Under the pieces are notes generated by a model. It worked only from the letters and a program-made list of their open reading frames with translations. It was not told where the DNA came from and did no database searches. Positions 1-9,493 of a stretch of 60,188 bases of DNA are shown one piece after another; position 1 is the first letter of the stretch; each line of letters opens with the position of its first letter. The DNA lies in NCBI GenBank assembly GCA_041740815.1, contig JBGSLG010000093.1, positions 1-60,188 on the forward strand, given 5' to 3'. The translations under genes and the position numbers were made by a program. This DNA comes from Bacteroidales bacterium. GTDB taxonomy: Bacteria; Bacteroidota; Bacteroidia; Bacteroidales; VadinHA17.

Positions 1-1
1 G

Positions 2-883
2 CCACGGCTGTTGCTGGGCGAGATGAACCGCACCACAACGATCCTCAGGGATATTCTCAGTACCGACTTCAGCAACATCATCGTTGATGATGAGATGATA
101 GCCGGCGAAGTAAGAAGCTACATCAGGGAGATAGCCCCTGAGAAGGAAAAAATAGTAAAGGTATACAAGGAGCAATACCCCATCTTCGATCAGTTCGGTG
201 TCAGCCGTCAGATTAAGGGGCTCTTTGGACGCACCATATCATTCAAGGGCGGCTCATACCTTATTATAGAGCATACTGAAGCACTGCACGTCGTAGACGT
301 CAACAGCGGCAACAGATCAAAAACGGGCTCAGATCAGGAGTCAAACGCCCTCTCCGTCAACCTCGAGGCTGCCAGGGAGATAGCCAGGCAGCTACGACTG
401 AGAGATATGGGCGGTATCATTGTAATCGACTTCATAGACCTCCAGTCGAATGAAAACCGTCAGACTCTCTTCGACAGGATGAAGGAGCTGATGACCGATG
501 ACAGAGCCAAACACAACATTCTTCCCCTCAGTAAATTCGGACTGATGCAGATCACCCGCCAGCGGGTGAGGCCGGAGATGACAATCATCACTGACGAAAA
601 GTGTCCGGTATGCAGGGGAGAGGGTAAAACGGCATCGACCATTCTCCTCACCGACGAGATGGAACGGACACTTACAACAATACTTGAGAAGGTGAAGACC
701 CGGAAGTTCGTGCTGCGGACCCATCCGTTCGTAGCTGCTTACCTTAAGGAGGGATTGTTTTCCCTGCTTGGAAAGATAAACAAGAAACACGGTGTGAGTA
801 TCAAGGTGCAGTCAATTGAATCATACCATTTCCTGCAGTACGATTTCTTTGACCGTGACGGGAATGAGATTGATCTCACTTAG
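2..883 (+). CDS. rng: Rne/Rng family ribonuclease (5'-truncated by window edge)
   Basis: Motifs IEHTEALHVVDVNSG, ARQLRLRDMGGIIVIDFID and CPVCRGEG Zn-link; frame is open to the window start. Confidence 0.93.
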   Translation, partial: PRLLLGEMNRTTTILRDILSTDFSNIIVDDEMIAGEVRSYIREIAPEKEKIVKVYKEQYPIFDQFGVSRQIKGLFGRTISFKGGSYLIIEHTEALHVVDVNSGNRSKTGSDQESNALSVNLEAAREIARQLRLRDMGGIIVIDFIDLQSNENRQTLFDRMKELMTDDRAKHNILPLSKFGLMQITRQRVRPEMTIITDEKCPVCRGEGKTASTILLTDEMERTLTTILEKVKTRKFVLRTHPFVAAYLKEGLFSLLGKINKKHGVSIKVQSIESYHFLQYDFFDRDGNEIDLT

Positions 884-897
884 CATTGCTAATGAAT

Positions 898-937
898 AAA
901 CGACAAGAGGCGCATCACCGTGCGCCTCTTGTCGTTT
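898..937. terminator. Bidirectional intrinsic terminator
   Basis: AAACGACAAGAGGCGCA-tcaccg-TGCGCCTCTTGTCGTTT perfect inverted repeat between convergent genes. Confidence 0.9.
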
Positions 938-963
938 TATAAATGGATCTGCAAAATCATGTC

Positions 964-1740
964 TTACAGACTGATGACGCGCCCCGATCCTGTACGCGTA
1001 AGGCTCACCGCCGGGTCGCCACGAAGGTAGATGTTCCCGCTTCCGCTTATCACGGCATCAAGCCTGTCATAGATGGTAGCATAGACCGACCCTGACCCTG
1101 ACATCGTGACAACGGCTGACTCCATCCGGAGGTCTACGGAAAAGACCGATCCCGATCCTGATACCACATACCTGCTGCTTACGGCTTCACCGCTGAGAGT
1201 GAGATCTCCAGAGCCTGAGAGTGTAGCCCTTAAGGTTGACGTGCCAATCTCCCCGGTCATTATGTTACCTGAACCCGATACAACCACTGAGAGATCTTCG
1301 CCCCCTACAGTACCGGTGAAGATGTCACCCGAGCCGCTGGCAACAATCTTTACCTCTTCACCCTCAAGATTGCCTGCCACGATGTCACCCGATCCGGCAT
1401 TGACCAGCTCGCTGACGAACGGAGCCGTGACAGTAATGACAGGCTGGGTCAGGTACCTCAGACACTGTGTGCCTTTAATTGTGCTGACCTCCAGCGCCCC
1501 GCCGCGGATATCAGTTTCAATAAATGGCAGAATATTGCTCTCTGCCTCAACAGTGATGCTGTATTCATTACCCTGGATATAGACTACATGAAAGGATGTC
1601 TCATTTGCAATGGCATTGAATGTGACGGCCTCCCTCTCTTCTGTCCGGATGTTACCGTTGCCTTCAATGCAGTCATCTATTAAAGTGCATGATGAAAGTG
1701 CAGCCAGTACCGGCAGAATTGTGATAATTCCTGTTTTCAT
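964..1740 (-). CDS. Head GIN domain (DUF2807) lipoprotein
   Basis: Lipobox LSSC; CIEGNGNI; repeated SGSG beta-helix turns. Confidence 0.85.
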   Translation of the reverse strand: MKTGIITILPVLAALSSCTLIDDCIEGNGNIRTEEREAVTFNAIANETSFHVVYIQGNEYSITVEAESNILPFIETDIRGGALEVSTIKGTQCLRYLTQPVITVTAPFVSELVNAGSGDIVAGNLEGEEVKIVASGSGDIFTGTVGGEDLSVVVSGSGNIMTGEIGTSTLRATLSGSGDLTLSGEAVSSRYVVSGSGSVFSVDLRMESAVVTMSGSGSVYATIYDRLDAVISGSGNIYLRGDPAVSLTRTGSGRVISL

Positions 1741-1770
1741 TTCTCTATATTTTGTCGTTCTCTTTTAAAG

Positions 1771-1796
1771 GACCAAAAACTTTTGCACAGGTTGCA
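1771..1796 (-). promoter_or_regulatory. Putative ECF sigma promoter TGCAAC-N16-GGTC
   Basis: Same motif as upstream of the ECF sigma gene (3985-4010); 30 nt upstream of the DUF2807 start. Confidence 0.6.
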
Positions 1797-1809
1797 CGAA
1801 TGATGAAAA

Positions 1810-2901
1810 TTATTTCTGCAGCACCCTTACCTCACCTCTTGTGGCTTCAATTTTTATCGCTGACCGGCCTGAGCCGCTGCCAACAACGGCTCTGGTGAGA
1901 AATATTTTATCCTGGGCGCTTATCTCGGTACGTTCAGGCTCCGGTTTGATACCCGGCAGTGATACAAAGGCGTTTGTATGCCTGATCTCAAGGTCGTATG
2001 CCGCCCGCTCAGCCAGTGTCAGGTCTATGTCAGTATAGGAGGTGCGCAGATCCACCAGTGAAAATCCCGGATCAATATTTCCGAATGAGAGGTTGCCATA
2101 TTTTGCTGTCATGTTTATCTCACCTTCCAGGTTATCGGCGATGATATCGCTGAAGTAGCTGGCGCCTGTTATCACCCCTGCGGTGCCGATATTTATGTCG
2201 TCACGCTTTGAGTCGAGGTCAAGCGTCCCGCATTTATCTATCCAGACCTTTGATGATACTGAGGTCAGTTTGAGCTTTCCCGTCTCCCTGGCCCGTAATT
2301 CGCTGAACGAGAGCGTCAGTTTGCCCTGGTCAATGCTTTTCACATTCGCCTTGCAGAATGTAAGTTCCATCAGTTGCGCGTTCCTTACGGCAGCGGCGTC
2401 AAGGGTGCCGTTTGACAAGACGAGTGTCAGCTCGGGCGACTCGTCACCGATGTATACATCGCCGTAACTGTTTGTGATCCTCAGCACTGTCAGCGGGGGA
2501 CATTCAATGAAGTAGTCGATCTTCAGCCTTGAGTCAAAGTTTATGAGGTTTTTTGTGAGTCCCTTGACACTCTCAAAGAGAGGCGTTATACCCTTCGCGA
2601 ATGAGGTGTGAGCCCTGACGGTTTCATTTGTCATTGTGAGGCTGATCTCCACATCGGACATCATTGCATCAAGCTTCTCGCCGGTATTTGAGGAGGCGGT
2701 GACCTCAGCCGTGACGGTGATGGAGTCACCGCGCGAATGGCTGATATGTATGTCTCCGTATTTGTTGGTCACCTCAAGTATTGCATTGCTGCCAACCCTG
2801 AACGTTTTTCTGAGGGTCTTGCTGTCAGTGTAGTTCTGCCCGCACAGGCTGATGCTCAGCGGCAGCATGACCATGACGGTGAAAAAGAGTTTATAATTCA
2901 T
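1810..2901 (-). CDS. Secreted DUF4097/adhesin-like beta-strand repeat protein
   Basis: Signal peptide MNYKLFFTVMVML; NKYGDIHI and NSYGDVYI repeats; start placed at ATG 2901, overlapping the upstream stop. Confidence 0.7.
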   Translation of the reverse strand: MNYKLFFTVMVMLPLSISLCGQNYTDSKTLRKTFRVGSNAILEVTNKYGDIHISHSRGDSITVTAEVTASSNTGEKLDAMMSDVEISLTMTNETVRAHTSFAKGITPLFESVKGLTKNLINFDSRLKIDYFIECPPLTVLRITNSYGDVYIGDESPELTLVLSNGTLDAAAVRNAQLMELTFCKANVKSIDQGKLTLSFSELRARETGKLKLTSVSSKVWIDKCGTLDLDSKRDDINIGTAGVITGASYFSDIIADNLEGEINMTAKYGNLSFGNIDPGFSLVDLRTSYTDIDLTLAERAAYDLEIRHTNAFVSLPGIKPEPERTEISAQDKIFLTRAVVGSGSGRSAIKIEATRGEVRVLQK

Positions 2902-3415
2902 TTTCTGGCGTTTTTTCCGGTCCCTCATCATTCTCTTTCATGAGCTGAAGCATGTCTTCAAGCAATTCAATGCGAAGCCTGTAGTTTCCTATCAGTGCCT
3001 CCAGAACCTCTCTGCTGGCAATATTGTCATTGAGATCCTTAATGATCTCTGCCGATAGACTGTCAAGCACATCCATTCCCAGCCTGAGCTCGGTGTCAAT
3101 ATCCGGGTTGGCGGTGAGGAGCGGCTCCGCCTCCTCGAAGAGCATCTTTATCTGGCTGTCATAATAATAATAGGTCTCCCTGACCTCCGCAACCTGCGGA
3201 TCATCGACCCTCTCCTGCAGCCTGATGACACTGAAGACGGCTATCATGGCCGTACCGGCAATGATAACCGCAACAGCAGCACGCCACAGCAGGTCCCTGA
3301 GGCGTCTCTCCCTTCCGGGAAGACCCTGTTCAATCCTGTTCCACAGTGAGGGATCAGGCTCATGGACATCCATCTCCTCCCTGTGATCTCTTATATGTCT
3401 TTCAAGTTCATCCAT
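2891..3415 (-). CDS. Putative anti-sigma factor (single TM)
   Basis: N-terminal LERHIRDHREEMD..EP..LWNRI, one TM segment, overlaps the sigma gene 3' end. Confidence 0.75.
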   Translation of the reverse strand: MDELERHIRDHREEMDVHEPDPSLWNRIEQGLPGRERRLRDLLWRAAVAVIIAGTAMIAVFSVIRLQERVDDPQVAEVRETYYYYDSQIKMLFEEAEPLLTANPDIDTELRLGMDVLDSLSAEIIKDLNDNIASREVLEALIGNYRLRIELLEDMLQLMKENDEGPEKTPENEL

Positions 3416-3962
3416 CTCTGTGCATTGATGATATTATCTTTTTAAGTTTATCCTTACCCCTTGAATACTGTGTCTTGGAGGTCGACTCCGATATCCCGAG
3501 TATCTGGGATATCTCGGCATGATCATATCCTTCCAGGAGGTAGAGGCTGAGCACCACCCTGTAGCCGTCGGGGAGCTTCTCCACCGCCCTGGCTATCACT
3601 GACATGTCAGGCCACGGTGTCTCACCCGGCTGCTCCTCCTGCATCTCGTGGCGGCTGTAGTCGCTGACCAGGACCAGCTCGGCTTCCCTCTTTCGGAGCC
3701 TGCTTATGCACCTGTTTATGACTATCGTTTTAAGCCATGCACCAAAAGTCGAATCCATCCGGTATGACCCTATGTTCCTGAAACAGTCGGTGAAGGCCTC
3801 CTGAAGCATGTCTTCGGCCTCCTCCCTGTTGCCTGTAATGCGGTATGCCGTGTTGAACATCGCTTTTGAATAGAGTTCATACAGCCTGAACTGTGCTTTC
3901 CGGTTCCCCCTGCGGCACTCGTTTATCAGATTATCATGTATGTGCAAATCCGGTGTCTGCAA
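3408..3962 (-). CDS. ECF RNA polymerase sigma factor
   Basis: AEDMLQEAF, FGAWLKTIVIN, region 4 GYDHAEISQILGISESTSKTQYSRGK; TTG start. Confidence 0.95.
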   Translation of the reverse strand: MQTPDLHIHDNLINECRRGNRKAQFRLYELYSKAMFNTAYRITGNREEAEDMLQEAFTDCFRNIGSYRMDSTFGAWLKTIVINRCISRLRKREAELVLVSDYSRHEMQEEQPGETPWPDMSVIARAVEKLPDGYRVVLSLYLLEGYDHAEISQILGISESTSKTQYSRGKDKLKKIISSMHRDG

Positions 3963-3984
3963 TTTTCATGTGATATTTACAAAT

Positions 3985-4010
3985 GACGCACTAAATTTAC
4001 GTTAGTTGCA
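3985..4010 (-). promoter_or_regulatory. Putative autoregulatory ECF promoter TGCAAC-N16-CGTC
   Basis: Typical ECF AAC / CGT elements 22 nt upstream of the sigma start. Confidence 0.65.
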
Positions 4011-4091
4011 TCAATCGGGTGATCATTTATTGAACTGACTATTTTGCCCTTTATAGTTCCAAAGGGTAAACTTTTTTACTATATTTGCACT

Positions 4092-4218
4092 AAGTTGATG
4101 ATGAAGTAAGTTACTATACATACAGAGTCGTAAGACTTTAAAGATGCTTTTTACTGTCCAAAAGCAATTTTTCCATTCTTTTCATGGCTGCCCCCGACTT
4201 CATCGGGGGCTTTTTTTT
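4092..4218 (+). ncRNA. Candidate stand-alone small RNA (~125 nt)
   Basis: TATATTTG promoter box at 4080-4087, two internal hairpins, strong terminator, no substantial ORF. Confidence 0.5.
4190..4218 (+). terminator. Intrinsic terminator
   Basis: GCCCCCGA-cttca-TCGGGGGC followed by T8. Confidence 0.85.
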
Positions 4219-4329
4219 ATGGGTAAGCTGTCATATTATTTAACCTTTTTTAATTTTTCTCCCCACCCAACCTGATGACAATCAGTTTGTGATATGCGTA
4301 TCTTAGCGCAGACAACAAAACTGATCCTT

Positions 4330-5526
4330 ATGCTGACAAGATATATTCTGGTAACCCTGTTCCTGGCAGCTGCAGGCTGCGTCTCAAGTGAGGAGAAGAT
4401 CTCACGCAAGGCCGACAAAATGCACCAGTCTATGCTTTCCGTTGACACCCACTGCGACACACCCATGCGCCTCTACCGGGGCGGCTTTGACCTTGGTGTC
4501 CGCAACGATAAGGGATGTATAGACTTCCCCCGGATGAAGGAGGGCGGACTTGATGCCGAGTTCTTTGCCATCTTTATTGGCCAGGGACCCCGTACCCCCG
4601 AGGCTTTGGAACTGGAGCACCAGCACACACTGGCCACATTCGACTCTGTCAGAAACAGTGTCGGGCGCCACCCGGGCATGGCAGGGATAGCCCTGACACC
4701 TGACGATGCCTACAGGCTTAAGGCGGAAGGTAAGATCTCTGTTTTCCTGGGAATTGAGAATGGCTACCCGATAGGAACTGACATCACGAAGGTTAAGCAG
4801 TATTATGACCTGGGAGCACGGTACATCACTCTCTGCCATTCATCCAACAACGACATATGCGATTCATCCACTGACAAAGCCGGCCCTGAGCATAACGGTC
4901 TCTCAGCCTTTGGCGAGGAGGTAGTGAAGGAGATGAACAGCCTGGGTATGATCATTGACGTGTCTCACATTTCTGACGAATCATTTTACGATGTACTAAA
5001 GGTCTCAAAGGCTCCCGTCATAGCCTCGCACTCATCCTGCAGGGCTCTCTGCGAGAGTCCCCGCAACCTGAACGATGAGATGCTGCAGGCGCTTAAGCAG
5101 AACGGCGGGGTGATACAGATATGTATCCTCAGCGACTATCTCAAGCAGCCCGAACCCAATCCCGAGTTCGAAGCGAAAGCCACGGAATTGCGTGAGAAGT
5201 GGAAAGCCATGGGCACGGATCTGACCGATGCGCAGAAGGAAGAACGCTGGAACGAATACACCACACTGAAGAAACAATATGTAAAGCTGGCAACGGTAGC
5301 CGATGCCGTTAACCACATCCAGCACGTGGTTGACATCATAGGCATTGACTATGTGGGCATAGGGTCAGACTTTGACGGCGGCGGCGGCATCGAGGGATGC
5401 ACTGATGTCTCGATGATGAAGAATATTACGAAAGAGCTTATCAGGCGTGGCTACAGCCGTGACGATATAGTCAAGATCTGGGGCGGCAACTTCATGCGCG
5501 TGATGCGGGAGGTACAGACGATTTAG
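4330..5526 (+). CDS. Membrane dipeptidase (peptidase M19) lipoprotein
   Basis: VDTHCDTP, IDVSH, ASHSS, GIGSDFDGG; lipobox AAGC; start placed at ATG 4330. Confidence 0.93.
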   Translation: MLTRYILVTLFLAAAGCVSSEEKISRKADKMHQSMLSVDTHCDTPMRLYRGGFDLGVRNDKGCIDFPRMKEGGLDAEFFAIFIGQGPRTPEALELEHQHTLATFDSVRNSVGRHPGMAGIALTPDDAYRLKAEGKISVFLGIENGYPIGTDITKVKQYYDLGARYITLCHSSNNDICDSSTDKAGPEHNGLSAFGEEVVKEMNSLGMIIDVSHISDESFYDVLKVSKAPVIASHSSCRALCESPRNLNDEMLQALKQNGGVIQICILSDYLKQPEPNPEFEAKATELREKWKAMGTDLTDAQKEERWNEYTTLKKQYVKLATVADAVNHIQHVVDIIGIDYVGIGSDFDGGGGIEGCTDVSMMKNITKELIRRGYSRDDIVKIWGGNFMRVMREVQTI

Positions 5527-5528
5527 CG

Positions 5529-5726
5529 GTCCGTAAAGTCGAAAGGATTTGCGATTTGCGATTAAATCGACAATCGACAATCTGAAATCGAAAATTCCTC
5601 CGACTGCCGGTTGCTGATTGCCGGCTGATTTTGACTGCTGATTGCCGGCTGCTGACTGCCGACTGATTTTGACTGCCGATTGTCGACTTTTTTTATATTG
5701 CCTACTGCCTATTGCCTGCTGCCTGC
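5529..5726. repeat. Mosaic short-tandem-repeat element, locus A
   Basis: AAAGTC, TTTGCGA, AATCGAC, GACTGCC and ATTGCCT units; shares blocks with 37110-37417 and 49149-49391. Confidence 0.85.
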
Positions 5727-6809
5727 CCCAGGCTTCACCCTCGAGAACCTCAGCGATTTGATCATCCATGCCGGGAGCGGCTTGTGCGGGTCACGCTTGC
5801 GCAGGTCGATATACCATCCCAGCTTCTTGATGATGGGCACCTTATGCGTCTCCACAAACTCAATCAGCGTGCCGTCAGGGTCTTCAATGTATGCGAAGTG
5901 GCCTGCCGCTTCCCCCATGTCGAAGCTGCCACCCTCACGGCTCTCCTGGCTGTCGACGGTGAACGGGAAGCCTGCTTCCTGGCAGTACTTGCGCAGGTTG
6001 TCCATCCCCCCGATGTCATAACAGAGATGGATGAAACCGGGGTCACCCCATATTCTGCCTTCAAAAATACGGGAGGGAGTGCGGTCAGTCGACTGAACGA
6101 GCTCGATGACGCTCTGCCCGAAGAGGGGATTGAACCCTCCGTGGAACGGCCTGGTGGGAGCCAGAAGAACCCGCCTGAAGAGGCCATTGCCACCGGGCAC
6201 CGGTGACAGATCGTCAAAGGTGCCGGAGACATCATAGACAACCCTGTCATACCCAAGGATGTCAGAATACAGTTTCATGGCCTTTTCAATGTCGGTAACA
6301 CCAATGACTGCCCCGTATGACCCGCCTGATATCTTCCTTAGGTTCATGAACCAGTCGGTGGCCCCGACGATATGAAAGATATTTCCGAAGGGGTCTTTTA
6401 CGAAGAAGCTCTTTTTCCCTGAGGGATCGTCGGCAGGCCTGCCCAGGACCTCCACCCCGGTATTGGTCCAGTACTGCCATGCGGCCTCCACATCCCTGAC
6501 CTTCATCTTGCATGCGAAGATACCGAGATCGCCGAGCCTTGTCTCGCGGTGGCTGTACTCCGGCTCTTTCCCCTTATGCTGCCACACCTCAAACCCGCCG
6601 CCGCTCTGCAGGTTCATAGCCAGTACGGCATGCCTGCTGCGTGTTTCACCACCGGTATAGGGAAGCATGAGCCTGGCCTCTGCCTCTTCCTCAAATATCC
6701 GGCAGTCCATCCCGAAGGCTGTTATATACCACTCCCAGGCCTTTGTGAGGTCATAGACCCCGACACCCATTTGCTGTATTCCGCTGACAGTATATCCCTT
6801 GATCTTCAT
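5709..6809 (-). CDS. VOC/glyoxalase family protein (two lobes)
   Basis: GIQQMGVGV, KDPFGNIF, IHLCY, EDPDGTLIEFVE. Confidence 0.88.
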   Translation of the reverse strand: MKIKGYTVSGIQQMGVGVYDLTKAWEWYITAFGMDCRIFEEEAEARLMLPYTGGETRSRHAVLAMNLQSGGGFEVWQHKGKEPEYSHRETRLGDLGIFACKMKVRDVEAAWQYWTNTGVEVLGRPADDPSGKKSFFVKDPFGNIFHIVGATDWFMNLRKISGGSYGAVIGVTDIEKAMKLYSDILGYDRVVYDVSGTFDDLSPVPGGNGLFRRVLLAPTRPFHGGFNPLFGQSVIELVQSTDRTPSRIFEGRIWGDPGFIHLCYDIGGMDNLRKYCQEAGFPFTVDSQESREGGSFDMGEAAGHFAYIEDPDGTLIEFVETHKVPIIKKLGWYIDLRKRDPHKPLPAWMIKSLRFSRVKPGAGSRQ

Positions 6810-6815
6810 TGAACA

Positions 6816-7616
6816 TTACATTGGTTTGATCCTCCCCGCAATCCTGAAGAACAGTGCAGGCATGTATTTTCTTATCTTAAGCATAAGCAGCTCACTGCTG
6901 CCAACCAGGATCTCTCTCTTATTTCTTCGCAGGCCCCTTATTATCTGCTGTGCTGCTTTTTCTGCCGTGACTCCGCCGGCCTGACCGTCGTCCATCTTTC
7001 CATGTTCAGCGCCGGTGGCTGTCAGGGCGTGGAACGAGATACGGGTCTGTACCCTGCCAGGAATGATTACTGACACCCTGATGTTGTCTTTGTTGTGCTC
7101 AAGCAGCAGGGTCTCGAAGAATCCGTGCAGCGCCTGCTTTGATGCGGAGTATGCTGAACGGAGCGGAAAGCCGAACCGGCCTGAGATAGAGCTTGTGGCC
7201 GCTATCTGTCCGCCCCCGCTGCCTATCATCCGTGGCAATACTGCCTTTGTGAGGGCTATGGTTCCGAAATAATTGATCTCCATTATCTTACGGTCAAGCC
7301 AGAGGGGTGTCTCCCTTATCAGGGCTCTCTGGCTGATGCCGCCTATGTTAAGCAGGATGTCAATTTTTCCTTCTCTCTCAATCACTCCCGCAACCAGCTC
7401 CTCAATGCCCGACATATCGCTAAGGTCAAAGGCAACCGGGGTGACGCTGCCTCTCATCGAGGCACATGAGGCGGTCACCTCTGTGAGCCTGACACTGTCA
7501 TTTGATGAGGCTACCACCCTGCTGCCGCCTTCGGCAAAAGCCCTTACAAGCGCCTCACCAATGCCTGAGGAGGCACCGGTGATCCAGACTACCTTTCCGG
7601 TGAAGAAGTCGTTCAT
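6816..7616 (-). CDS. SDR family oxidoreductase
   Basis: TGASSGIG Rossmann motif; YSASK catalytic motif. Confidence 0.95.
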   Translation of the reverse strand: MNDFFTGKVVWITGASSGIGEALVRAFAEGGSRVVASSNDSVRLTEVTASCASMRGSVTPVAFDLSDMSGIEELVAGVIEREGKIDILLNIGGISQRALIRETPLWLDRKIMEINYFGTIALTKAVLPRMIGSGGGQIAATSSISGRFGFPLRSAYSASKQALHGFFETLLLEHNKDNIRVSVIIPGRVQTRISFHALTATGAEHGKMDDGQAGGVTAEKAAQQIIRGLRRNKREILVGSSELLMLKIRKYMPALFFRIAGRIKPM

Positions 7617-7618
7617 TG

Positions 7619-8947
7619 TCAGAGCGAGGTTATCCGGCTGATAAGTCTGCCGTATGTGTCATGAAGCCTGATGTAGAGCGGGTTTTTGTCCCTGATGAGG
7701 CGCCAGATCCTGAAGCCTCCTACAGTCCTGCGGAAGAGCAGGAACCAGTTCCAGGCCATGATCCCCAGCACGGGGACCATCAGGAAAGCAATCACCGCCA
7801 ACCACCATGGCTTGATGAAGATGAGGGCCAGTATCAGGTAAATGGGCCCGAAGATAAAACTGAGCCCCACGAAAAAACCGTACCGGGCAGTGCTTATAAA
7901 GGCAGGATCCTTTGATTTGATTGACTGGATGTATGAGACCTGGAAGGTGAGTATGTTGAGCAGGGCTCCGACAAGAAACAGAGGCAGGGTGATCAGCAGC
8001 AGGAGCGATGCCGGGATCATCCACCCAATGGGATGCTTCTTCTTCCTGAGTTGCCTGTAAGTCAGCTGCAACTGAGTGGCAAGGTCCCTGACAGAGATAG
8101 TGTCATTGCATATCTCCCTGTAAGTCTCCGGATCTGAGGCATGCAACTCGTTGACCTTGCTTACCAGCCTCTGGTCACGGAAGAGCTTCGGATACCTGAT
8201 GCTGTCACTGTACTTTTCATTGACGATGTTCCTCAGCTCGTTGATGGCTTCATAGTCCTGCTCCTCATCGATGTGCACCATGACCTTCTTCATCTCTGCC
8301 GAGAGCCTGTCACGCAGCTCCACTATCGCCCTGTTGGGGTTCTCCCTGTAGGAGTCATAGTATTCTGAGACGTGGATGGCATGGCCGTATACCACGGTGA
8401 GCACCTGCCTGAACCTCCAGTAGTGTGAGTACTCAAGGCCGACGGGCACAATGTTTATCTCTTTGCTGAAACCGGAGGCTTCTGCCGTCTGGAAGGCTAT
8501 CCGGCATATGCCCTTCTTTAGCTGCCTGAGCTTCCGGTAGGTGGCGTGGTTGCCCTCCGGTAGTATCACAACGCCGTTGCGGTGCTCCATAACCCTGAGC
8601 GTATCGCGGAAGGTGTCATCGTTCTGTTTCAGTTGATCGAAGCCGTCTCTTAACCGGTATACAGGCAGCATCTTGAGGAAGAAAAGCAACCGCGCCATCA
8701 TCTTTTTCCGGAAGATATCTGCTCTTGCCAGGAAGATCAGCTGCCTGTCGAGTGTCCCGTTGAGAGCCATGGCATCCATGAGCGCATTCTGGTGGTTGGG
8801 TGCAAATATTGTCGGTACCGAGAAATCGATATTGTCCTTACCGTAAGCCAGGACCTTACGGTAAAAGATATAGTTATGCCAGAAAATAACGTAATTTTTC
8901 AGCAGTTGATAGAAAACATCATACTTCTCAATATTATTCTTACCCAT
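7619..8947 (-). CDS. PlsC-like glycerolipid acyltransferase with C-terminal TM segments
   Basis: NHQNALMD (HX4D) and LPEG motifs; start placed at ATG 8947. Confidence 0.88.
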   Translation of the reverse strand: MGKNNIEKYDVFYQLLKNYVIFWHNYIFYRKVLAYGKDNIDFSVPTIFAPNHQNALMDAMALNGTLDRQLIFLARADIFRKKMMARLLFFLKMLPVYRLRDGFDQLKQNDDTFRDTLRVMEHRNGVVILPEGNHATYRKLRQLKKGICRIAFQTAEASGFSKEINIVPVGLEYSHYWRFRQVLTVVYGHAIHVSEYYDSYRENPNRAIVELRDRLSAEMKKVMVHIDEEQDYEAINELRNIVNEKYSDSIRYPKLFRDQRLVSKVNELHASDPETYREICNDTISVRDLATQLQLTYRQLRKKKHPIGWMIPASLLLLITLPLFLVGALLNILTFQVSYIQSIKSKDPAFISTARYGFFVGLSFIFGPIYLILALIFIKPWWLAVIAFLMVPVLGIMAWNWFLLFRRTVGGFRIWRLIRDKNPLYIRLHDTYGRLISRITSL

Positions 8948-9112
8948 TCCGCAACCAGATTTAGCTACTTTTCCTATGAAGAAAGCCACGGGCTTCCGCG
9001 CTGACTAAGTTAGAAAAAGTTCATCCCCATGAACTCAAATTTAAAGATTCTTAATTGTGGGAACCTGCTTTTTAGGTATTTATACCACCCTGCAGGATAA
9101 GGGCCGGGGGAC

Positions 9113-9493
9113 TTAACTGATGAAATCCTCCAGGTCTCTTCTTTCCCTCTTGGTGGGTCTGCCGCTTCCCCGGGGTCTGAATCCGAAAGCTGTCTTTGCA
9201 GCGATGATTTTGTTCTTCTCCTCATCCGGTGTTAGATCACGGATATAGTCGGCCACCAGTTTGGCGCCCACTCTGCTGGCGGGTATGTCAGTCACAAGGT
9301 ATGTATAAGTCACGGGCGGCTTCCTGACCAGTACTGTTGTGCCGGGTGCGACGGGGTGGGCGGGCTTGACCGGGGCTCCGGCTACTGTTACTCTTCCCAG
9401 GCGGCATGCCTCGGTGGCATCGCTGCGCGATTTGAAGAGCCTGACGCTCCAGAGGAACTTATCTATCCTTTCCCCCTTCAGTGCTGTCATCAC
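9113..9493 (-). CDS. hslR: S4-domain ribosome-associated heat shock protein Hsp15
   Basis: RIDKFLWSVRLFKSRS; C-terminal GRPTKRERRDL. Confidence 0.9.
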   Translation of the reverse strand: MMTALKGERIDKFLWSVRLFKSRSDATEACRLGRVTVAGAPVKPAHPVAPGTTVLVRKPPVTYTYLVTDIPASRVGAKLVADYIRDLTPDEEKNKIIAAKTAFGFRPRGSGRPTKRERRDLEDFIS

